From: Paenirhodobacter sp.
GTDB lineage: Bacteria; Pseudomonadota; Alphaproteobacteria; Rhodobacterales; Rhodobacteraceae
DNA length: 64,000 nt
Direction of reading: 5' to 3'
Assembly (NCBI RefSeq): GCF_047600745.1
Contig: NZ_JASGKI010000006.1
Span: 496,345-560,344 of the forward strand
The notes under the pieces were generated by a model. It worked only from the letters and a program-made list of their open reading frames with translations, did not search any database and had not been told where the DNA came from. Position 1 is the first letter of the stretch; each line of letters starts with the position of its first letter. Both the position numbers and the translations under genes were made by a program. Shown piece by piece: positions 53,799-62,804 of this stretch.

Positions 53799-54330
53799 GG
53801 GCATGGGCGTGGCGCGCGGGAGAACGGCGCGTCATGAGCGGCTGAATTCCACGGAGCATCGTGGGCCCCCGGCACCGCCTTCGTCCCGACCTGTCGCGCG
53901 GACGATGGCGGATGCGCCGCGTCCGCTCCATCGCCCGGCGCGTCCTGACCGTTCGCGTGCGGAGGATGGGTCCAGAAGCTACGCCGTAAGTGCCCGCGCA
54001 GCGCCCGGACCCCACGCGCGTGGGCGATGGCCAATCCGCCACAGACGGCTCTCGAACTCAAGGTGCCCCGACCCTGCATGCGTGGTCGATGGACCGCATG
54101 GACCGGCGGTATCGACGCCAGATCCCTGAGCGCCCGGTGCGGGGAAGGGGGGGTAAATCGGGGCGGATCATCGGGATTGTCGGTCTGCCGGAATTCGTGA
54201 GATTGCGATCCATTTGTTTTCAAGGCTTTGCTGGTTCTTCATTTTGCGATTGAGTCGGAATTCATGAGACTGCACATGGTTGTGAGACACTATTCGTGAG
54301 GCTACACAGCATCCGTGCGTTGCTCAGGTC

Positions 54331-55977
54331 ATGTCCGATAATTCCGTGGCCGACGAAGACCGGGAAGAGGCCGCGTTCCGCGTGCGCGTGCTTGCGGAGT
54401 TGCCGGAACAGCTCGCCCAGGGCGAGGTGGAACGGGCCATGCGCCTGCTCGGCGTCAGCCGGGCGACGGTCTATCGTCTGGCGAAGCAGCTTCGCGAAGA
54501 TGCGAGGACCAGCGCGCTCCTGCCAAATACGTCGGGCCGCAAACCGGGGATGCAGCCGCTGGACCCTGCGGTCGAGGCGATCGTGGCCCACCATTTCAGG
54601 GAATTCTACGCCACCCGCCGCAAACCGACCAAGACACGGTTCTGGCGCGAGGTCGCGGCCGATTGCCAGGCGCGGGGACTGGCGACACCCTCGATCCGGC
54701 GGCTGGGACGCTGGCTTAACCTGAAGGATCAGGCGAAGCTGATGGTCAGGCGGGAGGGGAAGGACAAGGCGGAGCGCCGTCACCTGGCCACGCCCGGCGC
54801 GCTCACCGCTGGCCGCCCGCTCGACATCGTCCAGATCGATCACACAAAGGCCGATGTGACGGTTGTGGATCCGGTGACCCGACGCCCGCTCGGTCGGCCG
54901 ACGCTTACCGTGGCAATCGACGTCAATTCCCGGATGGTCCTGGGGTTTCATCTGTCTCTGGAACCGCCCTCGCTTCTCTCCGTCGCGCTCTGTCTGACCC
55001 ATGCAGTGATGGAGAAAACGCACTGGCTGACGGCGCGGGGGGTCAACACGGACTGGCCCGCCCATGGTATTCCCAAGGCGATCTACGTCGACAACGGCGC
55101 GGAGTTCCATGCCCGGGCCTTCGGGATGGCCTGTGCGGAATACCAGATCGATCTGCGGTACCGCCCGCCCGGCACGCCACGCTATGGCGGCCATGTCGAG
55201 CGCCTCATCGGCACGATGATGGGGGCGGTGCACCTGCTTCCGGGCTCGCATTTCTCGAACGTCTTCGAGCGTGGAGACCTCGACGCCGAGGCCGAGGCGG
55301 TGATGACGCTCGACGAGCTGGAGACCTGGCTCGCGCTGGAGATCACCGGATCCTACCACACGCGGGTCCACAGCGCGCTGGAGACGACACCCACGGCGGC
55401 CTGGGCGGCGGGGGAGGACGCCGCTGGGCTTCGCATGCCGGCCGATCTCCGGCAGTTCCTGGTCGATTTCCTGCCCTCGGAACAGCGTGTGCTGCAGCGC
55501 GACGGCTTTCATCTCTTCCATATTCGCTTTTGGTCGGACGAGTTGCGCTGGCTGATGGGCCGGGATAGCGGCAAATACACGCTCAAATACGACCCGCGCG
55601 ATCTCTCCCGCATCTTCGTCGTGACGGATAAGGGGATCATCGAGGCTCGGCCGGCGGATCTGACGCGGCCCGCGATCACGCTCTGGGAACATCGCGCGGC
55701 GCGGCGCGCCCTGAGGGAGGCGGGACGCCGGTCCGTTGACGAGGAGCTCATCTTCCGGACGATCGAGGCGCAACGGGACGTCGTGGACAGTGCCCAGCGG
55801 CAGACCAAGGCGATCCGTCGCCACCAGGCCCGGCGGGCGCATCTGGACCCGCACCCGATGATCGATGTGACGCCTGGGCCAGAGGCACCTGACGCGCTTC
55901 CCGCCCCGGAAAACAAGGGCAATGCGCTCAAGGATCACCCGGGCTTCTATGTCGAGGAGTGGTACGATGACGACTGA
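54331..55977 (+). CDS. tniA: TniA/TnsB-like DDE transposase
   Basis: HTH (LGVSRATVYR), QIDHT, YVDNGAEF, VERLIGT, Mu C-terminal domain (KYDPRDLSRI). Confidence 0.93.
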   Translation: MSDNSVADEDREEAAFRVRVLAELPEQLAQGEVERAMRLLGVSRATVYRLAKQLREDARTSALLPNTSGRKPGMQPLDPAVEAIVAHHFREFYATRRKPTKTRFWREVAADCQARGLATPSIRRLGRWLNLKDQAKLMVRREGKDKAERRHLATPGALTAGRPLDIVQIDHTKADVTVVDPVTRRPLGRPTLTVAIDVNSRMVLGFHLSLEPPSLLSVALCLTHAVMEKTHWLTARGVNTDWPAHGIPKAIYVDNGAEFHARAFGMACAEYQIDLRYRPPGTPRYGGHVERLIGTMMGAVHLLPGSHFSNVFERGDLDAEAEAVMTLDELETWLALEITGSYHTRVHSALETTPTAAWAAGEDAAGLRMPADLRQFLVDFLPSEQRVLQRDGFHLFHIRFWSDELRWLMGRDSGKYTLKYDPRDLSRIFVVTDKGIIEARPADLTRPAITLWEHRAARRALREAGRRSVDEELIFRTIEAQRDVVDSAQRQTKAIRRHQARRAHLDPHPMIDVTPGPEAPDALPAPENKGNALKDHPGFYVEEWYDDD

Positions 55978-56848
55978 GTTTCCGCATCTCTACCCAGGTG
56001 CGGGCAGGATCGCGGCGCTGAGCGCCGAGGAGCGCATTTTGCGCATCCACGCCGACCGCTGGATCTCCTATCCGCGCGCGGAAGCGGCACTCGCGAAGCT
56101 CGAAACGCTCATGTCCTTCCCAGAGCGCGCCCGGATGCCGAACCTGCTCCTGGTCGGCGAAAGCGGCATGGGCAAGACGATGATCATCGAGAAGTTCACC
56201 CGCGATCATACCTCGAGTTTCGACGACGCCACCGGGCGGCTCAACATGCCGGTCGTCGCGGTGCAGATGGTCTCGGGGCCCGACGAGGCCCGCTTCTATC
56301 GCCGGATACTGGCGGCGATCGGCGCCCCGGAACCACCACGCGCGACGCTGTCCGTCCTGGAAAGCCTGGCATTGCGGCTGCTCACCGAACTGCGGCCCCA
56401 CATGCTGGTGATCGACGAAATCCACAGCCTGCAGGCGGGCACGATCCGGGAACAGGCACGGTTTCTGAACATGCTGCGGTTCCTCGGCAACGAGTTGCGC
56501 GTGCCGCTGGTCTGTGTCGGCACCGCGCAGGCCCGCAATGCGCTGCGCACCGATGCCCAGCTGGTGCGCCGGTTCGAGGCTTTCGCCCTGCCGCCCTGGC
56601 AGGAGGGGGCGGATTTCACCGGGCTGATGAGCACGCTCATGCGCAGCCTGCCGCTCCGACGCGAAAGCGAGATCGACGACAAGGCGCTCGTGCGGATCAT
56701 CAAGGCGACGGGCGGCATCACATCGGGCATCTTCTCGATCCTGTCGCAGCTGGCGATCGCCGCCATCGAGAGCGGCGAGGAGCGGATCCTGTCGCGCGAT
56801 GTCCTTGGCGGCGACCGGTTGCAGGCCACCCTGGGAGAGCCCGTGTGA
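55967..56848 (+). CDS. tniB: TniB/TnsC-like AAA+ ATPase
   Basis: GESGMGKT, LVIDEIH, LRFLGNEL, QLVRRF. Confidence 0.93.
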   Translation: MTTEFPHLYPGAGRIAALSAEERILRIHADRWISYPRAEAALAKLETLMSFPERARMPNLLLVGESGMGKTMIIEKFTRDHTSSFDDATGRLNMPVVAVQMVSGPDEARFYRRILAAIGAPEPPRATLSVLESLALRLLTELRPHMLVIDEIHSLQAGTIREQARFLNMLRFLGNELRVPLVCVGTAQARNALRTDAQLVRRFEAFALPPWQEGADFTGLMSTLMRSLPLRRESEIDDKALVRIIKATGGITSGIFSILSQLAIAAIESGEERILSRDVLGGDRLQATLGEPV

Positions 56849-57861
56849 CGGGCCGCGAGCGCCTGCCGGTCGTGTTCGCGCCCGCTGCCGACGCGCGCCT
56901 GTCCTCCTGGATCGCCCGCATGGCGCCTTTCTACGCAATGACAGTACCGGAGTTCCTGGCCGAGCTCGGGTTTTTGGGCTGCGACGTCTTCGACCTCGAA
57001 TGGCGTCTTTCGGAAGGGGAGGGGGCGTTGATCGGAGCCCGGACCGGGGTTTCGGCCGAGGCCGTGCAGGCGATGACTTTCGGGGAGCTGATCCCCGAGG
57101 CCCGGGTGATGATCCGCCGGAACCGGCACCATTGCCCGCAATGCCCCGCCGCTGTGCAGAGCAAGTCCGCGGCCCTGCCTTGGGTCTTTCGCTGTACCGT
57201 ACACGGCGCGAATCTGGAAGATGTCACAGGCGGGTCCCTTTCGGATCTTCTGGGCGCCGGGCAGTTGGCGGCGATGGAAGCACACGCGAAAGCCGGCGCA
57301 GCCATTCTCGATGCCTGGGCCCACGATGCCTGCCAGCAGGGCTTCGGCCCGGTCGAGATGCTAGCCTTACTGACGGTGCGGCACCGGCGCGCCTCGCCAC
57401 CTTCTGCGCGCGAACAGCCGCGCATGTCGCAGCAGACCCGCCGGGATTACCACGAGTTCCTGACGACGCCGATCATCCGCCAAGCGCTGACGGTCGTCGT
57501 CCCCGAGTACGACGCGGTGGCACCCGTGCTCGCAAAGCCCGTCCGCCCCGGACTGCATAGCCTGGCCCAGGGCTCGCTGCTGCAGGCCTTCGCTCTGGCG
57601 GTCGGGATCGGGCGCATCGCCGAGACCCCGGTCGATCAGACGATCTCGGTTTTGCTGAAGAGCGATGCGGACGGGCAGGGGCAGGTCCGGGACGCCCTCA
57701 GATCATGGCCTCTCTCGTTGAGGAGACGCATCTCTGCCCGTCTCTGGCGCGCTCAGCGCGACGAGAGAGAGCGTCAGGTCGCCCAGAAACCCACGAGACG
57801 GCGCCAGTCTCACGAATACCGGCGCGTCCAGTCTCACGAATGCCGCTCGAGAATCTCATGA
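56845..57861 (+). CDS. tniQ: TniQ-family target selector
   Basis: LSSWIARMA, CPQC...RCTVH zinc-finger remnants; GTG start overlaps the tniB stop. Confidence 0.8.
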   Translation: MTGRERLPVVFAPAADARLSSWIARMAPFYAMTVPEFLAELGFLGCDVFDLEWRLSEGEGALIGARTGVSAEAVQAMTFGELIPEARVMIRRNRHHCPQCPAAVQSKSAALPWVFRCTVHGANLEDVTGGSLSDLLGAGQLAAMEAHAKAGAAILDAWAHDACQQGFGPVEMLALLTVRHRRASPPSAREQPRMSQQTRRDYHEFLTTPIIRQALTVVVPEYDAVAPVLAKPVRPGLHSLAQGSLLQAFALAVGIGRIAETPVDQTISVLLKSDADGQGQVRDALRSWPLSLRRRISARLWRAQRDERERQVAQKPTRRRQSHEYRRVQSHECRSRIS

Positions 57862-58214
57862 GCCCCGGCCTGCTTTGCAGGGAAGGGCTTGAATCTCATG
57901 AATTCAGGCTATCCGACAGATTGTTCGGGTTTCAGGCGGTGCGTGTGTTCTTTGGCAGCATCATCCGATAAGGCAAGATTATCGGCTATTTGTGATATTC
58001 CACATGCGCGGCTATTATTTGTAAAAATTTGCTTATGAACCGCCGTTTCAGGGAGCGGGTCGGCGGGAATTTTCCCCCGGTGGAGCGGTGTAAGTAAGGC
58101 CGTGGGCTACGGTTTTTCGGCTCGGTTCTCTGCGGGACAGGCCGCTTCGGGAGCCGCGCCGTGGTGTGGTTTGTGGCCGGTTTCTGCCTTCGGGCCGCCG
58201 GGTTTGGGTTGCGG

Positions 58215-58360
58215 CTCCCGTCAGGCGCCGTGAAAGGCGGGTTTGTGGCCAGACGCGGTGAAAGAGGGCCGTTGATGGCGCCTGACGCGGTGAAAGGGCT
58301 CGGTTTGCCGTCCGCCATCGCGAAATGGCCGGTTTGCCGTCAGACGCCGTGAAAGGCGGG
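58215..58360 (+). repeat. Repeat tract with about 30-bp period (CAGACGCSGTGAAAGG-like)
   Basis: GTGAAAG cores at 58230, 58258, 58290 and 58349, plus a degenerate copy near 58320. Confidence 0.6.
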
Positions 58361-58579
58361 TGCCGACTGACGCGGGGGATGGTGGGGGTTTCCGGCGGTA
58401 TCGTGACGCGGTGGGGCGGCGATTATGGCCTTTCGGTCGGCCGGGATCGCGTGCGGGTCGGATCTGCGGCGTGGCGGGCGGGCGGATCGGGTCGAGGGCT
58501 CTTGTGGTCGGCTTGCGTCGCGGGATAGAAACCTGCGGGGAATGCGCGGCATCATCAACGGCAATGGGGGGATGAGCGG

Positions 58580-59374
58580 ATGGCACCGGCCGTCGATCTA
58601 AGGGCTGTGGACATCACCTTCACCGCGAAGGGGAAACCGGATTTCCGGGCGGTGGCCGATGCGAATCTTCGGGTTGCGAAGGGGGAATTCGTCGCCATCG
58701 TCGGGCCTACGGGGTCGGGCAAATCGACGCTGCTCAACGCGGCGGCGGGGCTGCTGAAGCCCTCGGCCGGGACGGTGGAGATCGAGGGCGTGCCGCTCGA
58801 CGGGCTGAACCGCAAGGCGGGCTATCTGTTCCAGGCCGATGCGCTGATGCCGTGGAAGACCTCGCGCGACAATGTGGCGATCGGGCTCGAAATCGCGGGG
58901 ACGCCGCGGCGCGAGGCGCTGGCGCGGGCCGATGACTGGCTGGCGCGGGTGGGGCTGCGCGGCTTTGGCGACCGGTATCCGCATATGCTCTCGGGCGGGC
59001 AGAGGAAGCGCGTCGCCATGGCGCAGGTGCTGATCCGCGATCCGGACATCCTGCTGATGGACGAACCCTTCGGCCCGCTCGACGCGCAGACCCGGCTGAT
59101 CATGGGGGATCTGCTGCTCGATCTGTGGCAGCAGGAGCGCAAGGCGGTGATGTTCGTGACCCATGACCTTGAGGAGGCGATTTCGCTGTCCGACCGGGTG
59201 GTGATCATGTCCACGGGGCCCGAGGCGCGGCTGATCGGGGATTTCCCGATCGCGCTGGAGCGCCCGCGCGACGTGTCCGAAATCAAGCTGACGCCCGGGT
59301 TCCAGCGGATCCACCGCGAGATCTGGCAGATGCTGAAGGAGCAGGTGCTCAAGGCCTATGGGGGGAAAGCGTGA
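58580..59374 (+). CDS. NitT/TauT ABC ATP-binding protein
   Basis: GPTGSGKS, LSGGQRKR, MDEPFGPLD, VTHDLEEA. Confidence 0.94.
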   Translation: MAPAVDLRAVDITFTAKGKPDFRAVADANLRVAKGEFVAIVGPTGSGKSTLLNAAAGLLKPSAGTVEIEGVPLDGLNRKAGYLFQADALMPWKTSRDNVAIGLEIAGTPRREALARADDWLARVGLRGFGDRYPHMLSGGQRKRVAMAQVLIRDPDILLMDEPFGPLDAQTRLIMGDLLLDLWQQERKAVMFVTHDLEEAISLSDRVVIMSTGPEARLIGDFPIALERPRDVSEIKLTPGFQRIHREIWQMLKEQVLKAYGGKA

Positions 59375-60159
59375 TGAAACGGTCGCTTCTGGTGGCGCTG
59401 CAAGTGCTTGTCGCGGTCGTGGTGCTGCTGTTCTGGTGGGTGCTGACGAATACCTCGCTGATCGGCGATGTGGCGCGGATGCGGTTCTTCTTCTCGACGC
59501 CCGCCGATGTGTTCTGGCAGGTGGTGGCGTGGTTCCGCACCGGCGAGATCTGGTATCACCTCTGGGTCACGCTGCTTGAGGCGGCGCTGGCCTTCGTCAT
59601 CGGCACGGTGGCGGCGCTGGTCCTGGGCTTCTGGATGGCGCGCAGGCCGGGGCTGGCGGCGGTGTTCGACCCGTACATCAAGGCGGCGAATGCGCTGCCC
59701 CGGGTCGTGCTGGCGCCGATCTTCACGCTGTGGTTCGGGCTGGGGATCTGGTCGAAGGTCGCGCTCGGCTTCACGCTGGTGTTCTTCATCGTCTTCTTCA
59801 ACGTCTATCAGGGCGTGAAGGAGGTGAACCGCACCGTGCTGGAAAACGCCCGGATGCTGGGCATGTCGGAGCGGCAGTTGCTGCGCCATGTCTACCTGCC
59901 CTCGGCGCTCAGCTGGGTGTTCTCGTCGCTGCATATCTCGATCGGCTTCGCGGTCGTGGGCGCGGTGGTGGGCGAATATCTGGGCGCGAGCGCGGGGCTG
60001 GGCTATCTCATCGCGCAGGCGGAGGGCATGTTCGACATCGCGGGCGTCTTTGCCGGGATGTTCGTGCTGTCGGCCTTCGTGCTGCTGATCGACTGGGGCG
60101 TGACGCTGGCGGAGCGGCGGCTGCTGGTGTGGCGGCCCGACAGCGCGCAAGATCACTGA
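59371..60159 (+). CDS. NitT/TauT ABC permease
   Basis: NALPRVVLAPIF, GAVVGEYLGASAGLG. Confidence 0.93.
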   Translation: MMKRSLLVALQVLVAVVVLLFWWVLTNTSLIGDVARMRFFFSTPADVFWQVVAWFRTGEIWYHLWVTLLEAALAFVIGTVAALVLGFWMARRPGLAAVFDPYIKAANALPRVVLAPIFTLWFGLGIWSKVALGFTLVFFIVFFNVYQGVKEVNRTVLENARMLGMSERQLLRHVYLPSALSWVFSSLHISIGFAVVGAVVGEYLGASAGLGYLIAQAEGMFDIAGVFAGMFVLSAFVLLIDWGVTLAERRLLVWRPDSAQDH

Positions 60160-60182
60160 TGGTCATCAAGGGAGGACATGCG

Positions 60183-61178
60183 ATGACGTTCACCAGAAGC
60201 CTGATCGCCGCAGTGGCGCTGAGCGCGGCGGTGCCCGCGGGCGCCGAAACGGTCAAGGTCGCCATCGGCGGCTCCAGTTGCATCTGCTATCTGCCGGTCG
60301 TGCTGGCGGAGCAGCTGGGCAATTTCGACAAGCACGGCGTGGATGTCGAACTGATCGACTTCAAGGGCGGTTCGGCCGCGCTGAAGGCGGTGGTCGGCGG
60401 TAGCGCGGATGTGGTGTCGGGCTATTACGAACACACGATCAGCATGGCCGCGAAGAAGCAGGACATGCAGGCCTTCGTGGTGCAGGGCAAGCTGCCGGGG
60501 ATCGCGCTGGTCGTGGCGCCGAAGAACACCGGCAAGATCAACAGCATCGCCGAACTGGACGGGAAGACGGTGGGGGTGACGGCGCCGGGGTCTTCGACCG
60601 ATTTCTTCCTGAAATACATGCTGGCGAAGCAGGGCGTTTCGCCGAAGGCGGCCTCGGTCGTGGGGGTCGGCGTGGGGGCGACCTCTGTCGCCGCGCTGGA
60701 ACAGGGGCAGATCGACGCGGCGGTGACGCTCGATCCCGCGATCTCGCAGTTGCAGAAGATGCACCCCGATCTGCAATTGCTGGTGGATACGCGAAAGGAA
60801 GCGGACACCCGCGAATTCTTCGGTGCGGATTACGTCGGCGCGGTGCTGTACAGCCGCCGCGAATGGGTCGATGCGCATCCGCAGGAGGCGGGCGCCATGG
60901 CCGCCGCGATCGTGGACACGCTGCGCTATATCCACGAAACCGACCCGGCGGAGATCGCCGCGCAGATGCCCGCCAACATCACCGGCGCGGACAAGGCGAT
61001 CTATGCGCAATCGCTGGCGAGCAGCCTTGAGATGATTTCCGAAGATGGCAAGGTGGACGAGGCCGGCGCCCGCGTGGTGCTCGACGTGATGGGCTTCAAC
61101 GCGCCCGAGATCAAGGACGCCGGGATCGACCTGTCGCGCACCTACACCAACGCCTTCGTCGAGAAGATCGCACCCTGA
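60183..61178 (+). CDS. NitT/TauT ABC substrate-binding protein
   Basis: Signal peptide, CICYLPVVLA, GVTAPGSSTDF, GQIDAAV. Confidence 0.92.
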   Translation: MTFTRSLIAAVALSAAVPAGAETVKVAIGGSSCICYLPVVLAEQLGNFDKHGVDVELIDFKGGSAALKAVVGGSADVVSGYYEHTISMAAKKQDMQAFVVQGKLPGIALVVAPKNTGKINSIAELDGKTVGVTAPGSSTDFFLKYMLAKQGVSPKAASVVGVGVGATSVAALEQGQIDAAVTLDPAISQLQKMHPDLQLLVDTRKEADTREFFGADYVGAVLYSRREWVDAHPQEAGAMAAAIVDTLRYIHETDPAEIAAQMPANITGADKAIYAQSLASSLEMISEDGKVDEAGARVVLDVMGFNAPEIKDAGIDLSRTYTNAFVEKIAP

Positions 61179-61210
61179 GGGCCACGGATCCGGGACCGGA
61201 AACCGCCGCC

Positions 61211-61729
61211 ATGTCCTCTTTTGTGCTTCAGTTGGGCAGCCTGTTCCGCAGCGAGCGCCACCGGCTCCTGCGGCGGGTGCGCCATGTCGTGCGCTGCCGG
61301 ACGGAGGCGGAGGATCTGGTGCAGGAGGTCTTCGTGAACCTGTTGCGCGGCGAGGACCGGCTGTCGGTCGGATCGCCGCGCAACTACCTCGCGCGGGCGG
61401 CGACGAATGCGGCGCTCGACCATCTGCGCCGGCAACAGGTGCGGGAGGCGGTTCTGGACCACGGCCGATGTGCCGCCAGCGTCGCCGCACCGCAGCCCGG
61501 GGCGGAGGCCATCGTGCAATCCCGGCAGGAACTGGCGATCCTGCACCGGGCCATCGACGGGCTGCCGGTGAAATGCCGCGTGGTGTTTCTGCTCTCGCGC
61601 GAGCACGGCCTGACGATGCGCGAGATCGCCGGGCGGCTGGGGATTTCCGAAAAGACGGTGGAGAAGCATCTTCTCAAGGCGATGACGCGGCTCCGGGCGG
61701 CGCTGCGCGCGGCGGGGCGGGACATTTGA
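61211..61729 (+). CDS. fecI: FecI-like ECF sigma factor
   Basis: AEDLVQEVF, YLARAATNAALD, EIAGRLGISEKTVEKHL. Confidence 0.9.
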   Translation: MSSFVLQLGSLFRSERHRLLRRVRHVVRCRTEAEDLVQEVFVNLLRGEDRLSVGSPRNYLARAATNAALDHLRRQQVREAVLDHGRCAASVAAPQPGAEAIVQSRQELAILHRAIDGLPVKCRVVFLLSREHGLTMREIAGRLGISEKTVEKHLLKAMTRLRAALRAAGRDI

Positions 61730-61743
61730 CGCGCGACGGAGAG

Positions 61744-62682
61744 ATGACCGATACCGGGGACCGGCTGTTCGAGGAGGCCGCGCGCTGGCATATCCGGCTG
61801 CGCGATCCCGATGCCCCGGCACGGGTGCATGACGCCTTTCTCGACTGGATCCGGCAAGACCCGCGCCATCTGGCGGCCTATGACCGGGCGGAGGCGCTGT
61901 GGCAGGCGATGGAGCCCCCCGCTCCCGCGCGCGACGAAGCGGCGATTTCGGCGCTGGTCGCGCAGGGCCGTGGCCGAAAGGGCAGGGGGCTCGTCTGTCT
62001 GGCGCTGGCCGTTGGGCTGGGCCTGTGGCAGGGGCCGGACGCCTGGGACAGCCTGCGCGCCGACCATGTGGCCCGGACCGGATCGCGCGACAGCATCGTG
62101 CTGGAGGAGGGCAGCCGGATCGACCTGAACAGCGGCTCGGCCATCGCGGTGGCCTTCGGCCCCGGCGAACGGCGGGTGCGGATGTTCCGGGGCGAGGCGT
62201 TCTTCGACGTCGCCCATGATGCCGCGCGCCCCTTCGTCGTGGACATGCCGGAGGGCAGCCTGCGCGTCACGGGCACGCGTTTCAACGTCGATCTGGCGGG
62301 GGAGGCGGCGGAGGTCGCGCTGCTGGAGGGCCGCGTGACGCTCTCGGCACGCGATGCGCCGGGGACCACCGCCCTTGCCCCCGGGCAGCAGGCGGCCGTC
62401 CGCCCGTCCGGGGTCGGCGATCCGGCGCCGTTCGACGCCGAAAGCCGCACCGCCTGGCGCGGCGGCCGGATGATCTTCTATCGCACGCCGCTGCGCGAGG
62501 TCATCGCCGAGCTTGGCCGCTACCGGCGCGGCGCGGTGCTGTTGCTGAACGACGGGGCGGCGGAACTGCCGGTGACGGGGGCGTTTTCGACCGAAGACCC
62601 CGATCAGGTGATCGACATCATCGCCGAGACGATGGGCCTCTCCGTCCACCGCGTGCCCGGCGCGCTGACGGTGCTGCGCTAG
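61744..62682 (+). CDS. fecR: FecR-like anti-sigma/signal transducer
   Basis: EAARWHIRL, LEEGSRIDLNSGS, GEAFFDVAHDAARPFVV, VTGTRFNV, AWRGG. Confidence 0.92.
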   Translation: MTDTGDRLFEEAARWHIRLRDPDAPARVHDAFLDWIRQDPRHLAAYDRAEALWQAMEPPAPARDEAAISALVAQGRGRKGRGLVCLALAVGLGLWQGPDAWDSLRADHVARTGSRDSIVLEEGSRIDLNSGSAIAVAFGPGERRVRMFRGEAFFDVAHDAARPFVVDMPEGSLRVTGTRFNVDLAGEAAEVALLEGRVTLSARDAPGTTALAPGQQAAVRPSGVGDPAPFDAESRTAWRGGRMIFYRTPLREVIAELGRYRRGAVLLLNDGAAELPVTGAFSTEDPDQVIDIIAETMGLSVHRVPGALTVLR

Positions 62683-62804
62683 CGCGCGAAAAAAATTGCG
62701 CGGCGGAGTGGGGGAAAGCGGGGGGCTGGCGCGTCCTACCGTGCAAGACCCTGCATCGCACGCGAGATGCCAGCTCAGTGGGGAGGTTTCATGGAGAGCC
62801 CCAG

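Larger units (their letters stand above)
54178..57918 (+). mobile_element. Tn7/Tn5053-like transposon carrying tniA-tniB-tniQ only (3741 bp)
   Basis: Terminal IRs TGTCGGTCTGCCGGAATTCGTGAGATT and TGTCGGATAGCCTGAATTCATGAGATT (22/27 identical). Internal ATTCRTGAGA-type sites at 54191, 54258 and 54291, and inverted at 57805, 57829, 57851 and 57891. Confidence 0.88.

Noticed and set aside
50972-54223. 1083-aa minus-strand ORF and other long antisense ORFs (39410-41722, 43830-45881, 8917-10524, 18469-20277)
   Set aside because: These are shadow frames of GC-rich genes with recognisable products on the opposite strand; they show no motifs.
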